Source: an uncultured Enterobacteriaceae bacterium
Lineage (GTDB): Bacteria > Verrucomicrobiota > Verrucomicrobiia > Verrucomicrobiales > V1-33
Length of the DNA stretch: 64,000 nt
NCBI GenBank assembly: GCA_964596095.1
Contig: CAZQUC010000001.1
Location: forward strand, 833-64,832
Reading direction: 5' to 3'
Below the pieces are notes generated by a model that worked only from the letters and a program-made list of their open reading frames with translations, had not been told where the DNA came from and searched no databases. Positions 53,901-60,963 of the stretch are shown one piece after another; the first letter of the stretch is position 1, and each line of letters opens with the position of its first letter. A program made the translations under genes and the position numbers.

Positions 53901-54004
53901 ACCCGGGCGGTTTTCCCTGGGCGCCGTTGCCGGAGGCGCGCAGCCCGCTGCTCGTGCCGCCCGACTCACCGGCGGCCTTCTTTCGTCTCCGCTTCCAGCC
54001 CTAA
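50969..54004 (+). CDS. T5SS/PEP-CTERM-associated-repeat (passenger-like beta-helix) surface protein ending in the conserved C-terminal domain
   Basis: Start at ATG 50969 (MAHGTRLAAAVTCCLFPGRAAA). Many units of the form V.G.GS.W...G.L.VG..G.G.L.V..GG.V (VTGAGSYWSIRGDLTVGTLAPSTGFLNVMEGGRV, VSGAGSAVRSPG..., ITGEGSRLAATQDVTIGE...). No beta-barrel translocator or PEP-CTERM. Tail ...TATDPGGFPWAPL...AAFFRLRFQP. Confidence 0.85.
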   Translation: MAHGTRLAAAVTCCLFPGRAAADSAGFFWKEPSSGDFNTASSWSTNDEELAVPGDEEMTAKVPPRPGDSITFPEGEYTVRMEGAADFVFTRFSAVKDGEFAVTLQGGGYTTGNLDLPGKGTVWFEDGQVTVPRFVPGGSFIILDGVTMTIADIPQGAAMVGADPRDAELNLYNSSLTTQGRVNLHFVLLRENSTWAHTGPADAFGKSNLGVAARPSIFLTGSSVFTAAATEGIPIVAANEGSRVEVGDFVGEVVYASAGGRIINTNAQAGSTPLPDGFSTTEITGTGSRWEVGGTLAVNPAAVIYVRDGGRLSAGTLEFDARTTGGVVVEHSGSRLEVHQALAMPRGSSIRLRDGASGELPAATLDGGSLEAGGSGAALSFEGLVEIKNANSQVGVFGGGSATAPELHVGSGQAFVSDAGSVIMAAGNLAAGVGGEGAVSVTQGGRLDSGQGTIGWKDGGQGTVNVTGAGSYWSIRGDLTVGTLAPSTGFLNVMEGGRVDLATEGAPGAAIALAASSQGTVAVAGAGSAVDARPVGIMGVGVGGAGILNVSAGGRFLCSRLEAGVQAGSSGSVFLFGNGASLEAGDHGLLIGSLGRGVLSLRNGGQVSAGEVEIGNAAADNQLIVDGNGAALTVSGGGVIVGNKGAATGEVKNGGVIAAPRGLILGAEAAGAGVMTVSGAGSAVRSPGGAVAAGLYGSGTLTLEAGATVEAARIFVGTRTDGSGLMTITGEGSRLAATQDVTIGEIGNTGGAASARLTVAESALVTSPGLAVLRGGVAHLAGGRIALGAVAQPPPPGVLRIGAGGGLFLAGTFSGGKIVVDANGRFVPGASPGTATVEGEVEFLPGSALVMEIAGGVAGESYDVIEAGGAVTLGGELVLHFLDGYAPAAGDTYELVRSPAATRTGQFQSVRVVGLNPGFQHELTVDAAGHLLLRALNAGVSAPPPPPPALDIASTGDGIVVTWETTPDAAWMLETATDPGGFPWAPLPEARSPLLVPPDSPAAFFRLRFQP

Positions 54005-54091
54005 GTCAGGTTTGAGGCGCGGGAATCTTTTTCACAGATTCGACCATTGACAGATAAACTCAGGCGGCCGAGCCGGCCAAAGGTTCGGGCA

Positions 54092-55318
54092 TCATTTTCT
54101 ATCCGCGAGCCATTTCGAGGCGAAAAAAGCGTGATACGTCCAGGGGGCTTCGGCGAGGAGTCTTTCGAGGACCTGATACGCCTCCTCTTTTTTCTGCGAA
54201 CGGAAGAGACTCTGCGCTTCGTTGAACAGGCGCATCGCGTTTTCACGCTGGCTGTCGCGCTTTGACAGGCCGTCGGCAACGAGAGTCTTCGCGGCGTTCG
54301 TTTCGCCGTGAATACGCCGGAACTCCGTCCAGGCAGGCATCCATTCCTCCGGCTTTCCGTTGAGAGTTTTCGTTATGACTGGCAGCGCTTCTGAGGCCGC
54401 GTCTTCAGCCGCTTTTTGCATCGCGGCCGCGCGCGTCCCGGCGCCTTTGGCGGCGTGCCACACCCAGCCCCATTCCCCTTCCCGGGCCCACTTCGCCGCC
54501 AGTGAGGAACCGGTCTTCGCGTTGAGTCCATTAACCGTGTCGATCCATTCCAGCGCTTCCTCCACGGGCGATAACATAAACATATGATTGAGCTTTTCCG
54601 GCGCGAAGAGGCGCAACTTCGTCCAGCCCGCCGCTCGGAAGCAATCGTAGGCATGCTCGCCCTGGGAAAACGCCACCACCGGATCGGCACGGCCATGAAT
54701 GACCGCGATGGCGATGGCCCGCTGCTTCTTCGCGATGTCCGGCTTGCTCTCCCAAAGATGGGGCTCGTTCTGCATCCAGCAATCCCCGGCGACAGGGAAC
54801 GCCCCGTGATAAAGACCCGGAAAATGAGTGATCACACTATAAGTCAGAAACGCCCCCTGGGAATGGCCGCCAATGTAGGTGACGGTCGTCTTGAAGGCGC
54901 CTTGAACCTCCTTCGTCACTTCCGCAACGAGGGGCGCGCTCGTAAAACCGAAATTGTTCTGCCCGAACGGATCGCCGCCGTTTTCACCGTTGGGGCAGCA
55001 CAGAATGTTTTCATCGCACCATTTCTTCGCCTCAAAACTGCGCAGATAGGTCAGCCCATTCATGCTGGATCCATGTAAAAAGACAATCAGCCGCGCTCCC
55101 TTTTTGGCGTCGTATTTCTTCGGCACCCGCAGGAAATAGCGCATTCCCTTCTCCGCGCACTTGAGAAGTGCGGTGGTGCCGGGTTTGACCCCGGCAGGCG
55201 CCCCGGCCTCCGCCGGCCGGTCTTCCTTGGCAGACGCCGTGACGGACAGAAAGACGGCCATGACCAAAAGGCAGGCCACCCATTTTGACAGGAACGGATG
55301 CAGCAGGCGGAGCTTCAT
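54092..55318 (-). CDS. Secreted alpha/beta-hydrolase (esterase/lipase-type) with helical C-terminal extension
   Basis: Start at ATG 55318 (MKLRLLHPFLSKWVACLLVMAVFLSVTASA). LIVFLHGSSMNG, the nucleophile elbow GGHSQGA, and a later VIHGRADPVV. Lower GC than its surroundings. Confidence 0.65.
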   Translation of the reverse strand: MKLRLLHPFLSKWVACLLVMAVFLSVTASAKEDRPAEAGAPAGVKPGTTALLKCAEKGMRYFLRVPKKYDAKKGARLIVFLHGSSMNGLTYLRSFEAKKWCDENILCCPNGENGGDPFGQNNFGFTSAPLVAEVTKEVQGAFKTTVTYIGGHSQGAFLTYSVITHFPGLYHGAFPVAGDCWMQNEPHLWESKPDIAKKQRAIAIAVIHGRADPVVAFSQGEHAYDCFRAAGWTKLRLFAPEKLNHMFMLSPVEEALEWIDTVNGLNAKTGSSLAAKWAREGEWGWVWHAAKGAGTRAAAMQKAAEDAASEALPVITKTLNGKPEEWMPAWTEFRRIHGETNAAKTLVADGLSKRDSQRENAMRLFNEAQSLFRSQKKEEAYQVLERLLAEAPWTYHAFFASKWLADRK

Positions 55319-55387
55319 AACAGGGGTGATGAATGCGGAGACGTGCGTGATCTTAACCTTGAAAAAGCATCTTTCCACAAGCCGGAA

Positions 55388-58300
55388 CTAAGGCCGCCGC
55401 AGCCGGAAGAAGCGCCGGTCCGCCTCCAGGGGGAGGATGACGCGCCATTGGTCGCCGTTTTCCTGCACCGGAAGCGGCACGGGCTGCCAGCCAGCGGGCA
55501 GGGAGAGATCCGGCGATTGCTCGAGGAGATACGTCCGGCCGGTCACCGACCAGTCAATGACGATCGTGCCGCCTGCCTTGTGGATGGTCACCATCGGGTC
55601 GTCGTTGCGGGCCAGGATGACGTGGACCGGCACTTCCTGGGGCAGGCCGGAGGCGAGGTTCCGGAGGGTGACGGTGCCCAGGATCGAAGGACGGCCCTCC
55701 AGCGGAGGAAACGGCGCGGCGGCGCGGATGAGGACCGTGCCGCCGGTGGTGAAGCGGAGTTCCGCCGGCGAGGCGGTAAAGAGACCGGGACTGTCTGCCT
55801 CCGCCCGCAGCAGCAGGAGGCCGTCTCCGGCATTGGTCACGGGAAGGAGGGCGGAGGGTGCCTCTGGAGTCAGCACGATCCGGAGGGGCGGGACGATCAA
55901 GAGGGGGAGGGTTTGCGCGGGCAGCGGCGCGGTGGATTCGGGATTGAGCGGATCGCCATCGTCCCGGTCGTTGGCGCCGTCACCGTCGGTGTCGGCCAGC
56001 AGGGGATCGGTCCGCTGGCCGTTGGCGAGGCCGGCGGCTTCGGCCCCGTCGCTCACGCCATCGCTGTCGGTGTCGGCACGCCGGGGATCGGTGCCGAGAT
56101 GGAATTCCTGCAGATTGGTGAGACCGTCGCCATCCGGATCCAGCGAGGCATCGTCAAGCTGGGGGTTCAGGCCGTGCGCGAGTTCGTAGGGATTCGACAG
56201 CCCGTCCAGATCCGGGTCGGTCAGCGCCGGGTCGGCGAGGAGGAACCATTCAGCGGCCAGCACGATCCCGTTCTCCGGGCCGGGCTGATCCGGCGGCACC
56301 TCAGCGGTCAGCGCCACGCCTCCGCCCGCGGCGGCGCCGGTGCAGGTGAGCGTCCATTCGAGGGGCGCGCCCGTTCCGGGTGGCAGCGCGGGCAGATTCC
56401 GGCGGGGCGTGTCAATCACCGCGCCGCCGGCCGGCCCCCGGGCCGTCAGTTCCACCGACAGGGCCGGGAGTGCCGTCGGGCCGGGATTGAAGGCGGTCAG
56501 GCGCACGGTGAAGACTTGCGGATCCTGCGTGATCGTGCGGACGGGGCCTGACGCCGAGAGGATGGGGGCGGGTTCCAGCACCAGCACAGGAGGGGCGGAC
56601 CCGGAGGTCGGAGCGCCGGCGAGGGCGCTCTCCACGGCGGCCAACTGCGCGGAGGTGCGGGCAAGGGCGCGCTCGAACCGCGTGAGCGCCGCCAGCACGT
56701 CGGCGCGGGCGGCCAGATACTCCGGCGCGGCCGCGGAGGTGAACCCGCCGGTCAGCACGCCCTCGAAGAGTTCCCCGAGTGCCGCGCCGACGGCGGCTTC
56801 CGCGGCGAACTGGCTGAAACGGAGGCTCGACAGGGCGTTGAGTTCGGCCGCCGGCAGCGCGTCCAAGGCCACCGCGGCCATCGCCCGGGCGCCGGCGTGG
56901 AAGCGCGTGAAGTCCCGTTTCCATGCGGCATGGACCGTGGCCAGGCTTTCGGCGGAGCCGGCATCCACGGCGGCTTCGATGGTGGCGCCGATGTCATGGC
57001 CGGCCAGGGCGAGGCGCAGCCGCTGGAGCGCCGGCCCGAGGAGCGCCGCCTCGGGCGCGGCCACCGGAAGCGGCGGGACGTCATCCCGCGTGTCGCGGGG
57101 GAGCACCGGTCGGCGCGGCGACGCCTGGCGCGGCGCGGGCGGCGGCTGGCCGAAGGCGAGATGGGTCAGCGCCGCGACTTCATCCGGCGTATAACCATAG
57201 ACGACGGCCAACGGGATGAGGACCCCTTCCAGGTTGCTGGCATACTTCAAGGCCTTGGAGGCTTTCTCGGCGGCCTTCGCCCATTTGAGGCCGGTGCCGA
57301 GGATTCCCATGAAGGCTTCCACGCTCGAGAAATATTCGCCGCCGGCCTGGGCCACGATGGTCGCGTTGATCCACACCCCCTGCGTCTGGATGAATTCGTC
57401 CAGCCGTTTGCGGAAAGCCTCGCGGTCCCGGAGAAAGGCCGCCTCATCGTGCGAGTCCCACCCTTTCATCCACTCCACCGACTGCCTGAGTTGCGGCGAC
57501 ACCACGGTGGCGAAGGGAAAGCCGAACTCCGGCGGGCCGTCGAAGAACAACGGCCGGGACTGGTTGACCGTGAACTTGATCGCCTCCTGCAACGCGAGCG
57601 AGGCGGCGGCCCAGCCCCGGCCCGTGTTGTTCATGCCCCCGTCTTTCAAGGCGTTGAAAATGCTGCGGTAGAGCAGCACGGCCGCGTCCGCGAGCTGCTT
57701 CGCCCGTGCTGGCTCCACGCCGGACTTGACCAATCCTTTTTCGATGAGCGGCTTCAGCAGCTTCATCAGGTTGGACATGTTTCCGGTCAACTCGGCGTTC
57801 GTCACCAGCGACCAATCGGCCTCGCTGGCGGCGGCGCGCGCGTCATTGCCCAGCCGGCCGGTTTTGAATTGAGGCGAGGCCATGAGGCCCCGGGCTTTTT
57901 CCACGCGCGCCTTCGCTTTTCTGAGGACGTCGCTTTCGCTTTTCATCACCTCGCCGAAGGCGTCCGCCAGCACGGCGCCGAGCGACTGGAGTGCGGCCTT
58001 GATCAGCTCGTCGGCGAAGTCGGCGGCCAGCACGAAGGCGCGCTCGGCCCAGATGCCGCGCCGCAGGGCTTCGCGATCCGTCTCGGTGAGCGCGGCGGGA
58101 TCGGCCCCCAGCCCGGCGAGATAGGCGTCCACCTCGTCTTCGATCGGCTTCCAGTTTTGCGGGGCCAGGTCGCTCAGGTTGTCCGCGAGGTTCTGCTTGA
58201 TGCCCAGCTCGTCCAGCGGCTGGAGTTCGATGAGGGCGTCCACCGTGGGAACGGAAAAGTTGACCAGCCGCCGGGGCAGGAAGTGCAGGGGCACGGTGCG

Positions 58301-60247
58301 CGAGGTGTCATCGGCGGAAGGCCACTCCTGTGTTTCCCCGCCGCTGACTTCGATGGCGTAAAAAGCGTGCCGCAGCACCCCTTCGCCGGCGGGTTTCAGC
58401 GCGTTGAGGCCGGGGATGAAAAACCCGCCCCCGGCCTCGCGGGTGAACGGCGTCTTCTTCACCACCCGGCCGAGCTGCGCGCGGACAAACTCCCCGTAAG
58501 CCGCATCCGTTTCGTCCGGCCGCTGCGGGCGGAGGCGGCCGGCGGGTTGCTCGTAAACCGTAATCGTGGCCCGATGCACCGCGTGCTCCTCCGGCGTCAG
58601 GGTCGGCAACGCGGAGCGGACCCGGCCCGCGAGGGATCCCGTCAGGGCGGCCGCCCCCGGAGCCACGGCGCGGTAGATGGCGCTCCCGCCTTCTACGAAC
58701 CAGACATGGAACACCAGCAGGCCGCTGTCCGTCAGCGCGGTGGCCTCGTCGAAGGCGATGCGGTCCACCGTGCGGCCGGCGCCGCGGACATTCAGCATCT
58801 CGCCTTGCCGCAGCACGAGATGGAGCGCGCCCGCGGTGTCCTCGATCCAGAGGCTGTCCGTCGCCGGCCCGTTGTCACCCGCCGGCCGGGACTTCGTGCG
58901 GAAGGCGGTGAGTCCCGTGGCGTTCACCGCGAAGCCCAGGTCCACGTCGCTGACCTGGAGCCAGTCCGCAAAGACCTGCGCCGTGCCCGGAGCGGATCCG
59001 CCCAGGCTGAAGACCAGCCGGATTTCCCCCTGCGCATCCACCTGGAACAGCCCGAGGTTTTCCGTCCGCCCGAACCCGGTGTAAACCGCCAGGAAGGTGG
59101 TGCGGCCGCCGCGATGCCGGGGCGCGAGCCGCCTGGACTCGAGTCCGTATTCGGCATGCACATGGTGCAGGAGCAGCGGCCCCTCGGGGGTTTGAATTTC
59201 CTGTCCGAACGAAACGAGCCGCCGCCGCCCCTCGCCGAAGGCCGTTTCCTCCCACAGCCCATTCGAAGTGGTGTTGACGTTGGGGTTCCGGCCTTCAAAC
59301 AACGCGTTGCCCACCGCATCCACGTCCCACAGCACGATGTGCTCCGCCCCCTGCGGCCGGCCGGGCAAGGGTTCCAGCGGACCGGCGACCCGCTCCGCCC
59401 GGCCCGCGCCGACCGCGCGGTAAAGGCTGGTGCCGGAAGCGGGCAGCGGGTGCCGCGGTGGCTCGACCCCTTCAAAAAAAACCACGTCCACATCGCGCGC
59501 GAGCTTCGGGTGGAAGAGGGTCGGACTCGTGCTGTCGTTGTGATGAACCAGCGAAAGCCCACCGCCGCGGCCGGAGTAAAACGCCCCTCCGTATTGCAAC
59601 GGCCCGTTCACCACCGCCCGGAAAACGTGGAACCCGTTGTTGTTCCAGCACAGTCGGGAAAAGCTGTCGAAATAAGGCGGCCCCCAGCCCGGCTGCTCGG
59701 GGATGCCCGGCGCGGGCTTATACCGCCCGGCGACGAGCGCGCGCCGGCCGCCCGCGGAATGCCAGATCGCGTCGCCATTCGGCACGCCCGCCGGCCACGG
59801 GTTGATGAATCGCGAGGACCGCGCCTCCTGCAGGAACACCGCGGCGGTGGCGTCGTTCAGCCGGTGGCCGAGGGTCTCCGTGTCCAGGTCCGGATCATCG
59901 AAGACCGAAAACAGGAAATAAAAAATCTCCGACTGCCCCGGATAGGGTTCCCCTTCCCAGCCGAGCGGTCGGAGGCCGGTGCCATCCCCCAGCATCAGCG
60001 CGGGCCGGGGGAAGAAGGAGCCCGGGAGGTCCGGGTCCGGTTGCGGATTCCGGCTGAAAAAAAGGAACTCCCCGCGCTCGTTCATCACCGGCACGTTGAC
60101 GTTGCCCAGCGAGGCGGCCGCGCCGAGGGGCGACGGGTCGTCGGAAGCCACCAGCAGCTCCGGCGGCGCTGTGGTCTGGGCCGTGACCGGCAGCCACAGC
60201 CACGTCAACAGCGCCAGACTCGATGAGACATAGGGTTTGAGTGGCAT
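55388..60247 (-). CDS. Giant (1619 aa) secreted protein: N-terminal propeller-like region, about 500-aa all-helical core, multiple TSP3-like Ca-binding repeats, conserved C-terminal domain
   Basis: Signal peptide MPLKPYVSSSLALLTWLWLPVTAQ. TSP3-like DPDLDGLSNPYE, DPDGDGLTNLQEFHLGTDP, DTDSDGVSDGAE, DTDGDGANDRDDGDPLNP. Tail YLLEQSPDLSLPAGW...RRFFRLRRP. Confidence 0.85.
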   Translation of the reverse strand: MPLKPYVSSSLALLTWLWLPVTAQTTAPPELLVASDDPSPLGAAASLGNVNVPVMNERGEFLFFSRNPQPDPDLPGSFFPRPALMLGDGTGLRPLGWEGEPYPGQSEIFYFLFSVFDDPDLDTETLGHRLNDATAAVFLQEARSSRFINPWPAGVPNGDAIWHSAGGRRALVAGRYKPAPGIPEQPGWGPPYFDSFSRLCWNNNGFHVFRAVVNGPLQYGGAFYSGRGGGLSLVHHNDSTSPTLFHPKLARDVDVVFFEGVEPPRHPLPASGTSLYRAVGAGRAERVAGPLEPLPGRPQGAEHIVLWDVDAVGNALFEGRNPNVNTTSNGLWEETAFGEGRRRLVSFGQEIQTPEGPLLLHHVHAEYGLESRRLAPRHRGGRTTFLAVYTGFGRTENLGLFQVDAQGEIRLVFSLGGSAPGTAQVFADWLQVSDVDLGFAVNATGLTAFRTKSRPAGDNGPATDSLWIEDTAGALHLVLRQGEMLNVRGAGRTVDRIAFDEATALTDSGLLVFHVWFVEGGSAIYRAVAPGAAALTGSLAGRVRSALPTLTPEEHAVHRATITVYEQPAGRLRPQRPDETDAAYGEFVRAQLGRVVKKTPFTREAGGGFFIPGLNALKPAGEGVLRHAFYAIEVSGGETQEWPSADDTSRTVPLHFLPRRLVNFSVPTVDALIELQPLDELGIKQNLADNLSDLAPQNWKPIEDEVDAYLAGLGADPAALTETDREALRRGIWAERAFVLAADFADELIKAALQSLGAVLADAFGEVMKSESDVLRKAKARVEKARGLMASPQFKTGRLGNDARAAASEADWSLVTNAELTGNMSNLMKLLKPLIEKGLVKSGVEPARAKQLADAAVLLYRSIFNALKDGGMNNTGRGWAAASLALQEAIKFTVNQSRPLFFDGPPEFGFPFATVVSPQLRQSVEWMKGWDSHDEAAFLRDREAFRKRLDEFIQTQGVWINATIVAQAGGEYFSSVEAFMGILGTGLKWAKAAEKASKALKYASNLEGVLIPLAVVYGYTPDEVAALTHLAFGQPPPAPRQASPRRPVLPRDTRDDVPPLPVAAPEAALLGPALQRLRLALAGHDIGATIEAAVDAGSAESLATVHAAWKRDFTRFHAGARAMAAVALDALPAAELNALSSLRFSQFAAEAAVGAALGELFEGVLTGGFTSAAAPEYLAARADVLAALTRFERALARTSAQLAAVESALAGAPTSGSAPPVLVLEPAPILSASGPVRTITQDPQVFTVRLTAFNPGPTALPALSVELTARGPAGGAVIDTPRRNLPALPPGTGAPLEWTLTCTGAAAGGGVALTAEVPPDQPGPENGIVLAAEWFLLADPALTDPDLDGLSNPYELAHGLNPQLDDASLDPDGDGLTNLQEFHLGTDPRRADTDSDGVSDGAEAAGLANGQRTDPLLADTDGDGANDRDDGDPLNPESTAPLPAQTLPLLIVPPLRIVLTPEAPSALLPVTNAGDGLLLLRAEADSPGLFTASPAELRFTTGGTVLIRAAAPFPPLEGRPSILGTVTLRNLASGLPQEVPVHVILARNDDPMVTIHKAGGTIVIDWSVTGRTYLLEQSPDLSLPAGWQPVPLPVQENGDQWRVILPLEADRRFFRLRRP

Positions 60248-60343
60248 GGCGTCTCCTGGTTGCGGGTGGTGGCTCGATCCGGCGAGCGACGGCGATACTT
60301 ACATGAAGTGAAGTGTTTGTTTGAAAACAAATTATTGATAATA

Positions 60344-60371
60344 ATGATATATAATGGATTGAAATTGTCAA
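60344..60371 (-). promoter_or_regulatory. Candidate sigma-70-type promoter for the 1619-aa gene (TTGACA-N16-TATCAT)
   Basis: Minus strand reads cTTGACAatttcaatccattataTATCATt inside an approximately 80% A/T stretch about 100 nt upstream of ATG 60247. A TGTAAGTAT box also lies at 60295..60303 (minus strand). Confidence 0.3.
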
Positions 60372-60963
60372 GTCCTCATTGCCGAAATGCCGGCTCGCCA
60401 CCAAAGATCAAGAGAACAAAAACCTTTGCGTCTTTACGGACCGCAGGTCTGCTCGTCTTCATATTGCGGTCATCCGGTGAACTCGCTGACGAGGGAAATC
60501 AATCATTGTCCACTTCAAGCTGTCCAGCAAAATAATCCGCTGAAGCAAGAACACCACCAGCGCTGCCTTGCTGATGGGCAGTCGTTCCTTGCCATCCTTG
60601 AAAGCTGGATGGCCGCATCACTGGTGACTCCCCGTTTCACTCCCCTGCGCCCGCACGGGGGGTTCTGGATTCTGGTGCTCAAAAGGAAAATGGGATGGTG
60701 AGAGATTGAGATCATTCACAGAAAGCCGGAAGTAAAGGGACGGATAGCATGGGAGGGTAGAATTGTCCCTTCTCATTGGTTTGCAGGATGAAGTCTTTCT
60801 TCTCATTGATGAAACGTTCGCGATTCATCAGAAGAACCGTTTGCCCCCGGGCCGCCCTGCCGTTACTCTCGCTCCGGCCGCCGCTCCGCGGTCGATTCCC
60901 GGCCGGGGGAGGGAAGGCGTCCTTCCTCCGGGATGAAACGCTCACACCTAACCCACTGGGATC

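Noticed and set aside
60380-60960. Possible IS or transposase remnant in the A/T-richer gap
   Set aside because: I could find no terminal inverted repeats, no DDE/HTH-like motif and no ORF longer than about 60 codons that looks coding. It is kept only as a low-interest finding and not called a mobile element.
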